Origin: Nanobdellota archaeon
GTDB lineage: Archaea; Nanobdellota; Nanobdellia; Woesearchaeales; GW2011-AR9
Assembly (NCBI GenBank): GCA_018812765.1
Contig: JAHJDB010000048.1
Span: forward strand, 1 to 34,674
Length of the DNA: 34,674 bases
Direction: 5' to 3'
The translations under genes were made by a program, and so were the position numbers. The notes below the pieces were generated by a model. That model searched no databases. It was not told the origin of the DNA and saw only the letters and a program-made list of their open reading frames with translations. This document shows positions 23,909 through 31,345 of the stretch, in pieces; the first letter of the stretch is position 1; the number at the start of each line of letters is the position of its first letter.

Positions 23909-24697
23909 ATGGTCGAATCAAAAAAAACAAAAAAAGCGCCTAGGCGGGACGAAAGATCAAACCGTAAAACGGAATCTCTTCCTAAGCCAGAAGTAATATG
24001 GGTTCCTAAGACTGAGCTAGGGAAATTAGTCAAGTCTGGAGAACTAACAGAAATAGATGATATTTTTGATAAGGGATACACAATACTTGAATCAGAAATA
24101 GTTGATACCCTTTTACCTAATCTAGAAGAAGACCTTTTATTGATTGGTCAGGCTAAAGGTAAATTTGGTGGTGGACAAAGAAGAATATTCAGACAGACTC
24201 AGAAAAAAACCAGGGAAGGCAATAAAATTAAATTCACTACTTGTGCCGTAGTAGGTAATAAGGATGGTTATGTGGGAGTTGGTCTTGGAAGCAGTAAAGA
24301 GACTGTTCCAGCAAGAGATAAATCAAAAAAGAAAGCTCGTCTTAATCTAATCAGAGTCAGAAGGGGAAGCGGAAGTTGGGAATCAGACTCTTCTCAGCCA
24401 AATTCAATCCCTTTTGCAGTAGAAGGTAAGTGTGGTTCAGTAAGGATAGTGCTTAAGCCTGCACCAAGAGGTAAAGGACTATGTATTGAAAAGGAATGCG
24501 CTAAGATTTTAGCTTTAGCAGGAATCAAAGACATCTGGAGTAAAGCTTATGGGCAGACAAAAACCAAACTGAACTTAGTAACTGCTTTGATAGATGCTTT
24601 GAAAAAACTTTCAGAAGTGAAAGTACAACCTAGCGATATTACTAAATTAGCTGTGGTTGAAGGTAAAATGAAGAATCTTAAGGAAAAGGAAGCTTAG
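23909..24697 (+). CDS. rps5: 30S ribosomal protein S5 (uS5)
   Basis: FTTCAVVGNKDGYVGVGLGSSKE and GKCGSVRIVLKPAPRGKGL blocks. 262 aa. Confidence 0.92.
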   Translation: MVESKKTKKAPRRDERSNRKTESLPKPEVIWVPKTELGKLVKSGELTEIDDIFDKGYTILESEIVDTLLPNLEEDLLLIGQAKGKFGGGQRRIFRQTQKKTREGNKIKFTTCAVVGNKDGYVGVGLGSSKETVPARDKSKKKARLNLIRVRRGSGSWESDSSQPNSIPFAVEGKCGSVRIVLKPAPRGKGLCIEKECAKILALAGIKDIWSKAYGQTKTKLNLVTALIDALKKLSEVKVQPSDITKLAVVEGKMKNLKEKEA

Positions 24698-24702
24698 ATA
24701 AT

Positions 24703-25152
24703 ATGGTAGAAGAAAAAGTTAAAAAACAGGGAAAATTTGCTGTGGTTCTAGTCAGAGGGACCGTAGATATGACTCATCAGCTTAAAGATACATTAAAGTC
24801 CCTGAATTTGTCAAGAAAAAATCAGTGTGTTGTTTTAGAAAATAATCCTTTAAATAAAGGAATGATCCTTAAAGTGAAAGATTATGTAACTTGGGGAGAA
24901 ATTGACGAAGAAACTTTCAAAAAGCTTGTCGAGGGGAGAGGAGAAGAGTTGTTGTCTCGGGAAAAAGATTCAAAAGATAGATATGCTTACAAATCATTAG
25001 AATTTAAAGGTAAAAAATATAAAAAGTATTTTAGATTAAATCCACCACAGAAAGGTTTTGGTAGAAAAGGTATCAAAATGGCTTTCAAAGTAGGTGGAGG
25101 GTTAGGTTATAGGGGAGAAAAAATTAATGATTTAATCATGAGGATGCTTTAA
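24703..25152 (+). CDS. rpl30: 50S ribosomal protein L30 (uL30)
   Basis: FAVVLVRGTVDMTHQLKDTLKSLNLSRKNQCVVL and YVTWGEI blocks. Gene order. Confidence 0.9.
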   Translation: MVEEKVKKQGKFAVVLVRGTVDMTHQLKDTLKSLNLSRKNQCVVLENNPLNKGMILKVKDYVTWGEIDEETFKKLVEGRGEELLSREKDSKDRYAYKSLEFKGKKYKKYFRLNPPQKGFGRKGIKMAFKVGGGLGYRGEKINDLIMRML

Positions 25153-25154
25153 AG

Positions 25155-25598
25155 ATGGTTGTACACAGAAGAAAAAAAGTAACTAAGTATCGGGCTCATA
25201 CTACCCACGGGGGTGGTCACCGTAAGAAAAGAAGAGGTGCCGGTTCCAGAGGAGGAAGAGGTAGAGCTGGTTCTGGGAAAAGAGCTGGCCATAAAAGATT
25301 CACTTTTGTTAACTCTTTAGGAAGCAAAGGATTTACCTCAAAGAATACAATCACAGTTAAAGCTTTGAATTTAAGCTACTTTCATATTGATAATATTAGC
25401 AAGCTAGTAGAAGCTGGTAAAGTTACAAAAGAAGGTGAGTATTATTTAGTTGATTTGAAGGAGCTGGGTTACAACAAGCTGCTTGGTACAGGCAAAACTA
25501 ATTTAAAGTTGAAAATAACTGTTCTTTCATGTAGCGTAAAAGCAGCTGAAAAAATTAAAGCTGCCGGTGGAGAAGTCTCTGGACAATCTACTGAATAA
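25155..25598 (+). CDS. rpl15: 50S ribosomal protein L15 (uL15)
   Basis: Gly/Arg-rich N-terminus HGGGHRKKRRGAGSRGGRGRAGSGKRAGHK, and YNKLLGTG. Confidence 0.92.
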   Translation: MVVHRRKKVTKYRAHTTHGGGHRKKRRGAGSRGGRGRAGSGKRAGHKRFTFVNSLGSKGFTSKNTITVKALNLSYFHIDNISKLVEAGKVTKEGEYYLVDLKELGYNKLLGTGKTNLKLKITVLSCSVKAAEKIKAAGGEVSGQSTE

Positions 25599-25625
25599 TA
25601 ATAAATTTCGCGAGAAGTATGAAAA

Positions 25626-27014
25626 ATGTCTTTACTGGATAAAATTATTTCCAATCTTCCTGAAGTAAGGGGCCCTAAACAGAAAAGACTACCTTTTAAA
25701 GAGAAGTTAAAATGGACCTTAGTTGTTCTGATATTATTTTTTATCTTAGGGTTCGTCCCTTTGTTTGGGTTAGGAGAAAACGCGTTACAACAGTTTGAAT
25801 TCTTATCAATCATTTTAGGTGCTTCTTTTGGAAGCATCATCTCTTTAGGAATTGGTCCTTTAGTTACCTCATCCATCGTTTTGCAGTTGTTAGCAGGTAC
25901 TGGAATTTTGAAGATGGATTTGCAGACTACTGAAGGAAGACAGCGTTTTCAAGGATTACAAAAGATTTTAGCAATTGTGTTTATCATTTTTGAAGGTGGA
26001 GTTTATGTTTTGATGGGCGGCTTAGCACCTTCAGCTTCTTTAGTAGGAACTCCTTTATATGCGCAGTTGGAAGCATTATTAATCTTTCAGTTAGTGTTGG
26101 GTGGAATTTTAATCATGTTTATGGATGAAGTTATCTCTAAATGGGGTTTCGGTTCAGGAATTAGTTTATTCATTGCAGGAGGGGTCGCTCAACAGATTTT
26201 TATCAGAGCGTTTAACTTTTTGCCTTCACCCACTAATCCAGATATTGCTTCTGGAGCCTTACCAGCATTGTTCCAGTCTTTAGCTATTGGCGACGTAACT
26301 ACGGCCGGATTAATGTTAGCTGGTTTAGTTTCTACAGTGTTGGTTTTTGCAGTTTGTGTTTATGCTCAGTCTATGAAAGTTGAAATTCCTTTATCTTTTG
26401 GGAGAGTAAGAGGTCAAGGAATAAGATGGCCTTTGAATTTCTTTTACACTTCAAACATTCCAGTAATCTTAGTAGCAGCTTTGATGGCTAACGTTCAATT
26501 GTTTGCTCGCTTATTTGAAAAATGGGGTTTACCTTTATTTGGAACTTTTAACGGGAATACTCCAGCTTCAGGATTAGTCTATTGGTTAAGTTCTCCGGAT
26601 CTGGTGGAAAGCATCATCAAAGGAAGTTTTACCTGGTCTCAATTAGGAAGTGCAGTTGTTTATGTTTCAGTTTTTATGTTAGGTTCGGTTTTGTTTAGCA
26701 TTTTTTGGATGCAGACAGCTAACATGGATGCGAAAAGCCAAGCTAAACAGATCTTATCGTCTGGGTTACAGATGCCTGGTTTTAGAAAGGATGAGAGGGT
26801 TTTGGAAAAAATCTTATCTAGGTATATTTGGCCGTTAACTATTGTGGGGGGAGCGTCTGTAGGTCTTCTAGCCGCTCTTGCAGATTTGACCGGTGCTTTG
26901 TCTAATGGAACTGGAATATTATTGGCAGTAATGATTGTTTATAAGCTCTATGAAGAGATTGCTAAACAGCACATGATGGACATGCATCCGGCGATGCGAA
27001 AGTTTATGGAATAA
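25626..27014 (+). CDS. secY: Preprotein translocase subunit SecY
   Basis: 462 aa with about 10 TM helices. Blocks GIGPLVTSSIVLQLL, WGFGSGISLFIA and the C-terminal GTGILLAVMIVYKLYEEI. Position after rpl15. Confidence 0.95.
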   Translation: MSLLDKIISNLPEVRGPKQKRLPFKEKLKWTLVVLILFFILGFVPLFGLGENALQQFEFLSIILGASFGSIISLGIGPLVTSSIVLQLLAGTGILKMDLQTTEGRQRFQGLQKILAIVFIIFEGGVYVLMGGLAPSASLVGTPLYAQLEALLIFQLVLGGILIMFMDEVISKWGFGSGISLFIAGGVAQQIFIRAFNFLPSPTNPDIASGALPALFQSLAIGDVTTAGLMLAGLVSTVLVFAVCVYAQSMKVEIPLSFGRVRGQGIRWPLNFFYTSNIPVILVAALMANVQLFARLFEKWGLPLFGTFNGNTPASGLVYWLSSPDLVESIIKGSFTWSQLGSAVVYVSVFMLGSVLFSIFWMQTANMDAKSQAKQILSSGLQMPGFRKDERVLEKILSRYIWPLTIVGGASVGLLAALADLTGALSNGTGILLAVMIVYKLYEEIAKQHMMDMHPAMRKFME

Positions 27015-27027
27015 TTGTGATGATATC

Positions 27028-27065
27028 TTTTTAGGAAATTCTTTAATCTTTTTTGTGATCTTTTT
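27028..27065 (+). terminator. Oligo-T tracts after secY
   Basis: T5 at 27028-27032, T6 at 27049-27054 and T5 at 27061-27065, following the tandem stops TAA..TGATGA. Confidence 0.5.
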
Positions 27066-27098
27066 GTCGTAAAACTATAACATTAATTTTAACTAGAA

Positions 27099-27536
27099 TT
27101 AACTAGAAGAAACTCTTGAAACTCGGGTAAGGATGTATTCATCACAACCAAGAGTAATCCTGTAAGAAAGGTAAGTATTGATTGCTCCAGATTCAATCAC
27201 TCTTTGGGTGAAGGGCTGAACAACAAGAGGGGCTAATAAAGTCCTATCTTTACCTTGGTGTGAAAAGATGATTGGAGCAGATCTGAAAATCTGTTCTGAA
27301 TTAGGAAGAGAATAGGCTTTATCTTCTTTAGTAAGGGTATCTTCTAAATCATTGGAGGGATTACCATTAAGGAAAGTTATGCCTGAATCTTCTGTTACGT
27401 CAACTTTTAAATCTTCTTTTAGATAGGTTTGTCTGGAAATGATAGCAACATTTTCTTCTAGAATATGTCTTTGGACTTCTGTTTTAGCAAGATAGTTAGG
27501 AATAAATCTTCCTTTGTATTCGTTTAAGTTTATCAT
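27099..27536 (-). CDS. Hypothetical protein (orphan, antisense to the operon direction)
   Basis: 145-aa ORF with its own TATA box at leaderless spacing. No family was recognised. It occupies the slot where adk usually sits. Confidence 0.45.
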   Translation of the reverse strand: MINLNEYKGRFIPNYLAKTEVQRHILEENVAIISRQTYLKEDLKVDVTEDSGITFLNGNPSNDLEDTLTKEDKAYSLPNSEQIFRSAPIIFSHQGKDRTLLAPLVVQPFTQRVIESGAINTYLSYRITLGCDEYILTRVSRVSSS

Positions 27537-27559
27537 CTTAGCTTTTTTTAAAAGGCTGA

Positions 27560-27567
27560 TTTATAAA
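27560..27567 (-). promoter_or_regulatory. TATA box for 27099..27536
   Basis: TTTATAAA is centred about 27 nt upstream of the ATG at 27536. It is part of the GGCTGATTTATAAA 14-mer shared with 11922-11935. Confidence 0.45.
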
Positions 27568-27618
27568 TTTTTAGGTTCTGTTTTAATTAAGTAGAAGAAT
27601 TCCGGGACATTCCATAAC

Positions 27619-27630
27619 TTTTATATATAA
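27619..27630 (+). promoter_or_regulatory. TATA box for the DUF106 gene
   Basis: TTTTATATATAA is centred about 26 nt upstream of ATG 27651, with no SD. Confidence 0.45.
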
Positions 27631-27650
27631 TTGCAGTAAAAGACTATAAA

Positions 27651-28418
27651 ATGGCCTTTTTAGATCCAGTATTAAATCCAGTACTTAAACCTTTGCTGGA
27701 AATGAGTCCTTTTATTACCATCTTAATTGTAGGTTTTGTCATCTCTCTGCTGATTACTTTAGTTTATAAATTCTTTACTAATCAAGAAGAGATGAAAAGG
27801 TTGAAAGATCAGCAGAAGGAATATCAAGTGAAAATGAAGACCTTGAAAGATAATCCTGCAGAGATGATGAAAGTACAGAAGGAAGCGATGAGCTTGAACA
27901 TGGATTATATGAAGCATTCTTTTAAAGCAACCTTGATAACGATGCTGCCGATAATCTTAATCTTTGGATGGATGTCAGGTCATTTGGCTTTTGAACCGAT
28001 CTATCCTGAAGAAAGTTATAGCGTTACTGCTTTTTTTGGAGATAATGTGGGGGGAGAAGCAGAACTAGTTGTTGATGAGGGAACTAATCTTTTAAGCGAA
28101 GTAAAACAGAAAATAGAAGGACCAGTCACTTGGAAGTTAAAGGGCCAGGAAGGCGAACATTTCTTGGTTGTAAAAGTAGGGGAAACTGAACAGACTAAGA
28201 AGGTTTTAATCACTAAAAAATTAGAGTATGCAGAGCCAATCTCTTTATATCAACATTCAGATATTGAAAAAATTCAAATTAATTATAATAAACTTAAACC
28301 ATTAGGTCCTAATTTCACAGTGCCTTTATTTAATTGGCAGCCAGGATGGTTGGGAATTTACATTATCTTTTCAATAGTGTTTAGTATGGTAATGAGAAAA
28401 GCGTTGAAGATATATTAA
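27651..28418 (+). CDS. DUF106 / EMC3-TMCO1-like membrane protein (archaeal YidC/Oxa1-superfamily insertase homolog) with an inserted domain
   Basis: TM1 (FITILIVGFVISLLITLVY) is followed by a cytosolic coiled coil (NQEEMKRLKDQQKEYQVKMKTLKDNPAEMMKVQKEAM), then TM2 and TM3. Its position after secY is the conserved archaeal location. About 120 aa of soluble sequence lie between TM2 and TM3. Confidence 0.7.
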   Translation: MAFLDPVLNPVLKPLLEMSPFITILIVGFVISLLITLVYKFFTNQEEMKRLKDQQKEYQVKMKTLKDNPAEMMKVQKEAMSLNMDYMKHSFKATLITMLPIILIFGWMSGHLAFEPIYPEESYSVTAFFGDNVGGEAELVVDEGTNLLSEVKQKIEGPVTWKLKGQEGEHFLVVKVGETEQTKKVLITKKLEYAEPISLYQHSDIEKIQINYNKLKPLGPNFTVPLFNWQPGWLGIYIIFSIVFSMVMRKALKIY

Positions 28419-28463
28419 TCAAAGAAATATTAATTTAACATATAAAAGAAGGGGGTAAATAAA

Positions 28464-29654
28464 ATGACCTATTTTGAAAATAAACCTGAAGAACATCTTA
28501 AAGAAGATGCTTCTAATGAAAATACAGAACCAGTAAAAGAACAGAAAGAACAAAAAGAACATTTTAAGACTGAAGTCGAGAAAGAGACACCAGTCTACAA
28601 AGAGCAGGTTCATAAAGAGCACCATAACCACCAGGTGGAACAGAGCAAACCTTCTTCTAAAAGAAAAGGGAAGCTTAATCTGTGGAAAGTTTCAACTTTA
28701 TTGCTTATAGTTGCAATGATAATCTATATTTTGGTTGGAGGAACTAATGTCAAGGGAGCAGATGATGGGGAAAATGCCTTGTTATCAAAAGAAGAAGCTG
28801 CTTCTAAGGCTTTAAATTATATCAACAATAATCTTTTGCAAGGGCAAGCTGTAGCTACATTGAATACAATAGAAGATGACGGCGACTTGTATAATGTTAA
28901 ATTAAGCCTTTCTGGACAAAATATTGACAGTTATGTAACCAAGGACGGAAAAATGCTTTTCCCGCAAGGTTTTGACATGAATGAAGAAGTTTCTAGTCCT
29001 TCCGTTCAGAATCAGCCTGCTACTCCCGAGGTAGTTAAATCAGATAAGCCTACAGTAGAATTATTTGTTATGAGCCATTGCCCTTACGGGACCCAGATGG
29101 AGAAAGGAATCCTTCCTGTGGCTAAGCTATTGAAAGATAAAATAGACTTTGAAGTTAAGTTTGTTTATTATGTCATGCATGGGGAAATTGAAGTTAAAGA
29201 ACAGCTGAACCAGTATTGTATCGAGACAGAACAGAATGGAAAATATTTAGACTATCTCCAATGTTTCCTTGGTAAAGGAGATGGAGAAGGCTGTTTAACT
29301 GAAGTGGGAATTGATTTAAAAAAGTTAGAATCCTGTAAAGAAGAAACAGACTTGGAGTTTGAGGTCACTAAAAACTTAGAAGATCAATCTTTATGGATGA
29401 GCGGAAAATTCCCAGCTTTCAACATCCATAAGGAAGATAATCAGAAGTATGGTATCGGTGGTTCTCCTACTTTAGTCCTCAACGGAGAAACTGTTTCTAC
29501 CAGCAGAGATTCGGTCAGTATTCTGAATGCAATCTGTGCATCTTTTAACGAAAAACCAGCAGAATGTGACACACAGCTGGAAGGAGATTCACCTTCTCCA
29601 GGATTTGGCTGGAGCACTTCTGGAAGCGCTAACATCGCTTCTTGCGGCGGTTAG
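28464..29654 (+). CDS. Membrane-anchored thioredoxin-fold (DsbA-like) protein, monothiol CPYG variant
   Basis: K/E/H-rich N-terminus, a single TM (LWKVSTLLLIVAMIIYILVGG), an extracytoplasmic domain, then a thioredoxin-fold start VELFVMSHCPYGTQ. Several further Cys follow. GGGGGT SD-like motif lies upstream. Confidence 0.6.
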   Translation: MTYFENKPEEHLKEDASNENTEPVKEQKEQKEHFKTEVEKETPVYKEQVHKEHHNHQVEQSKPSSKRKGKLNLWKVSTLLLIVAMIIYILVGGTNVKGADDGENALLSKEEAASKALNYINNNLLQGQAVATLNTIEDDGDLYNVKLSLSGQNIDSYVTKDGKMLFPQGFDMNEEVSSPSVQNQPATPEVVKSDKPTVELFVMSHCPYGTQMEKGILPVAKLLKDKIDFEVKFVYYVMHGEIEVKEQLNQYCIETEQNGKYLDYLQCFLGKGDGEGCLTEVGIDLKKLESCKEETDLEFEVTKNLEDQSLWMSGKFPAFNIHKEDNQKYGIGGSPTLVLNGETVSTSRDSVSILNAICASFNEKPAECDTQLEGDSPSPGFGWSTSGSANIASCGG

Positions 29655-29673
29655 ATTTCAAGTAATTTATTTA

Positions 29674-29690
29674 TTTTTTTAAGTTTTTTT
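29674..29690 (+). terminator. Oligo-T tracts after the thioredoxin-fold gene
   Basis: T7 at 29674-29680 and T7 at 29684-29690, about 20 nt after the stop. Confidence 0.5.
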
Positions 29691-29746
29691 CATTAAATTA
29701 TTTTCATTAAATTGTTTTTATTAAAATTAAGGTCATTTTAAGCACA

Positions 29747-29760
29747 ATATTTATAAATAG
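29747..29760 (+). promoter_or_regulatory. TATA box for rpl34e-rpl14e (implies a leader of about 75 nt)
   Basis: ATATTTATAAATAG. AGGAGG SD at 29844-29849. A 6-bp hairpin lies at 29815-29832 in the predicted leader. Confidence 0.45.
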
Positions 29761-29857
29761 TCATCATTCTGAACACTTATATCCCTAGCGGATAGATCAA
29801 TGAGGCGACTCGGATCAGAAAATTAATTCTGAGTTTGCTTATTAGGAGGATAAAAAA

Positions 29858-30133
29858 ATGCCTAGAGGAATGTTCAAATCAGGAAGATTAAGGAAAATTT
29901 TCGTTAAAACTCCTGGTGGAAGAAATACAGTACATTATCGTTCAAGGAAGCCAAGCAAAGCTCTTTGCGGAAATTGTAAAAAGCAATTGGCAGGAGTGCC
30001 CAGAGAATTACCTTCAAAGATGGCAAACATGCCAAAAACTGCTAAAAGGCCGGAAAGAAAATATGGTGGAACATTATGTTCAGCATGTACTCGAGCTCTT
30101 TTAAAAGTTAAAGCAAGAGGTGAGTCACAATGA
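29858..30133 (+). CDS. rpl34e: 50S ribosomal protein L34e (eL34)
   Basis: SGRLRKIFVKTPGGRNTVHYRSRKPSKALCGNCKKQLAGVP plus a distal CSAC zinc-ribbon-like pair. Confidence 0.9.
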   Translation: MPRGMFKSGRLRKIFVKTPGGRNTVHYRSRKPSKALCGNCKKQLAGVPRELPSKMANMPKTAKRPERKYGGTLCSACTRALLKVKARGESQ

Positions 30134-30507
30134 GTTTATTTGAAGTAGGAAGGGTCTGCGTTAAAATCGCAGGAAGAGATTCCGGAAATAGATGTGTTGT
30201 GGTTGAGCAAGTAGATAATGTCTATGTTGTTGTTGACGGAAATGTTAGAAGGAAAAAAGTTAACGTCAAACATCTTGAACCGCTTGTTGAAACTCTTGAT
30301 GTTGGAAACGGTTTTCATGAGACTGTTAAGAAAGCTTTCGAGAAATTAGGACTAACTGTCTGGGAAAGGAAAAGTAAAGAACGAAAAGAAAGACCTAAGA
30401 AGCAGAAAGCTAAGAAAGAGAAACCTCTTCAAGAAAAAAAGGCTGTAAAGAAAGATAAAAAAACAGCGGAGAAAAAAGAAGTTTCTGAAGAAGAAAAACA
30501 GGAATGA
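30130..30507 (+). CDS. rpl14e: 50S ribosomal protein L14e (eL14) with a K/E tail
   Basis: KOW-like FEVGRVCVKIAGRDSGNRCVVVEQVD..RRKKVNVKHLEP. ATGA overlap with rpl34e. The C-terminal ~45 aa are Lys/Glu-rich. Confidence 0.88.
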   Translation: MSLFEVGRVCVKIAGRDSGNRCVVVEQVDNVYVVVDGNVRRKKVNVKHLEPLVETLDVGNGFHETVKKAFEKLGLTVWERKSKERKERPKKQKAKKEKPLQEKKAVKKDKKTAEKKEVSEEEKQE

Positions 30508-30540
30508 TTTTTTATTGAAATGTTCTTTTATTTTTTTCTT
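30508..30540. terminator. Oligo-T tracts between the convergent rpl14e and NIF3 genes
   Basis: T6 at 30508-30513 and T7 at 30531-30537 immediately after the rpl14e stop. Confidence 0.45.
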
Positions 30541-30598
30541 ATTTAATTTTCCGATTAATCTTTAACTTTTTAAAAATCATTTTTATCAAATATCTTTC

Positions 30599-31345
30599 TT
30601 AAACTATTGTTGGAACATCGATAAATTCTACTTTAACTTTAAATTTTTCTTGAAGCAAAGGCATTAACGCTTTAACTCCCCATACTTCTGTTTCATAATG
30701 ACCACTAAAAATAACGTTGATATTGTTTTCTTTAGCAAAATGATGAACAAAATGTAACGGTTCTCCAGTGATGTAAAGGTCTGCACCAATAGCTACAGCT
30801 TGATAAACTTCTTTTGCTCCTCCTCCCGAGATGATAGCAACCTTCTTAATTTCTTTAGGCCCGAAATCTAAAGAGAGAGTTTTCATTCCCTGATTCTGTA
30901 ACTTTTTTTTAATTTTCTCTAAAGTAGTATCGGTGCTCCCAGAGAAACCTATGGCTTTATCATGATAAAAACCAAAAGCTCTTAAATCCTTAAGTTGAAG
31001 TAAATTAGCTAATTGTACGTTGTTACCATATTTTTCATGAAGATCTAGAGGAAGATGAGAAGCATAAAGGGCAAGATTATTTGTAATTAAATATTTGATG
31101 TTATGGTAAGTGCTGCCTTTGAGGTGTTTTAAGCTGTCCCAGATCAAGCCGTGATGAACAACTAACAGGTTACATTTTGCTTTGAAAGCTTTTTCAAACG
31201 TTTCCTGACAAGCATCTACTGCAAAACCGATCTTAGTAATCTCTCCTTCGTTTTCTACCTGGAGACCATTACAAGAACTATCTTCAATGTTGTTAATGTT
31301 CAGTTCCTTATTCAAAAATTCTGCAATCTGTTTTATGGTGGTCAT
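30599..31345 (-). CDS. NIF3-family dinuclear metal-centre protein (YbgI / GTP cyclohydrolase 1 type 2 homolog)
   Basis: DSSCNGLQVE, LLVVHHGLIW, ASHLPLD and SGHYETE motifs. ATGA overlap with the pheT stop. Confidence 0.82.
   Translation of the reverse strand: MTTIKQIAEFLNKELNINNIEDSSCNGLQVENEGEITKIGFAVDACQETFEKAFKAKCNLLVVHHGLIWDSLKHLKGSTYHNIKYLITNNLALYASHLPLDLHEKYGNNVQLANLLQLKDLRAFGFYHDKAIGFSGSTDTTLEKIKKKLQNQGMKTLSLDFGPKEIKKVAIISGGGAKEVYQAVAIGADLYITGEPLHFVHHFAKENNINVIFSGHYETEVWGVKALMPLLQEKFKVKVEFIDVPTIV

Noticed and set aside
19164-25876. Other antisense or alternate-frame ORFs inside the super-operon (for example 19440..19751, 20326..20832, 22494..23041, 23712..24081, 25469..25876)
   Set aside because: All are nested in well-supported r-protein or secY genes. 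Their composition is consistent with non-coding mirror frames.
27017-27023. Perfect C-box-like GTGATGA just after secY
   Set aside because: It is simply the tandem in-frame TGA TGA stops following the TAA of secY. There is no CTGA D box within the next ~80 nt and no C'/D' arrangement.
29916-30104. 62-aa alternate-frame ORF inside rpl34e
   Set aside because: It is on the same strand in a different frame within a clear eL34 gene. It has no independent start signals.
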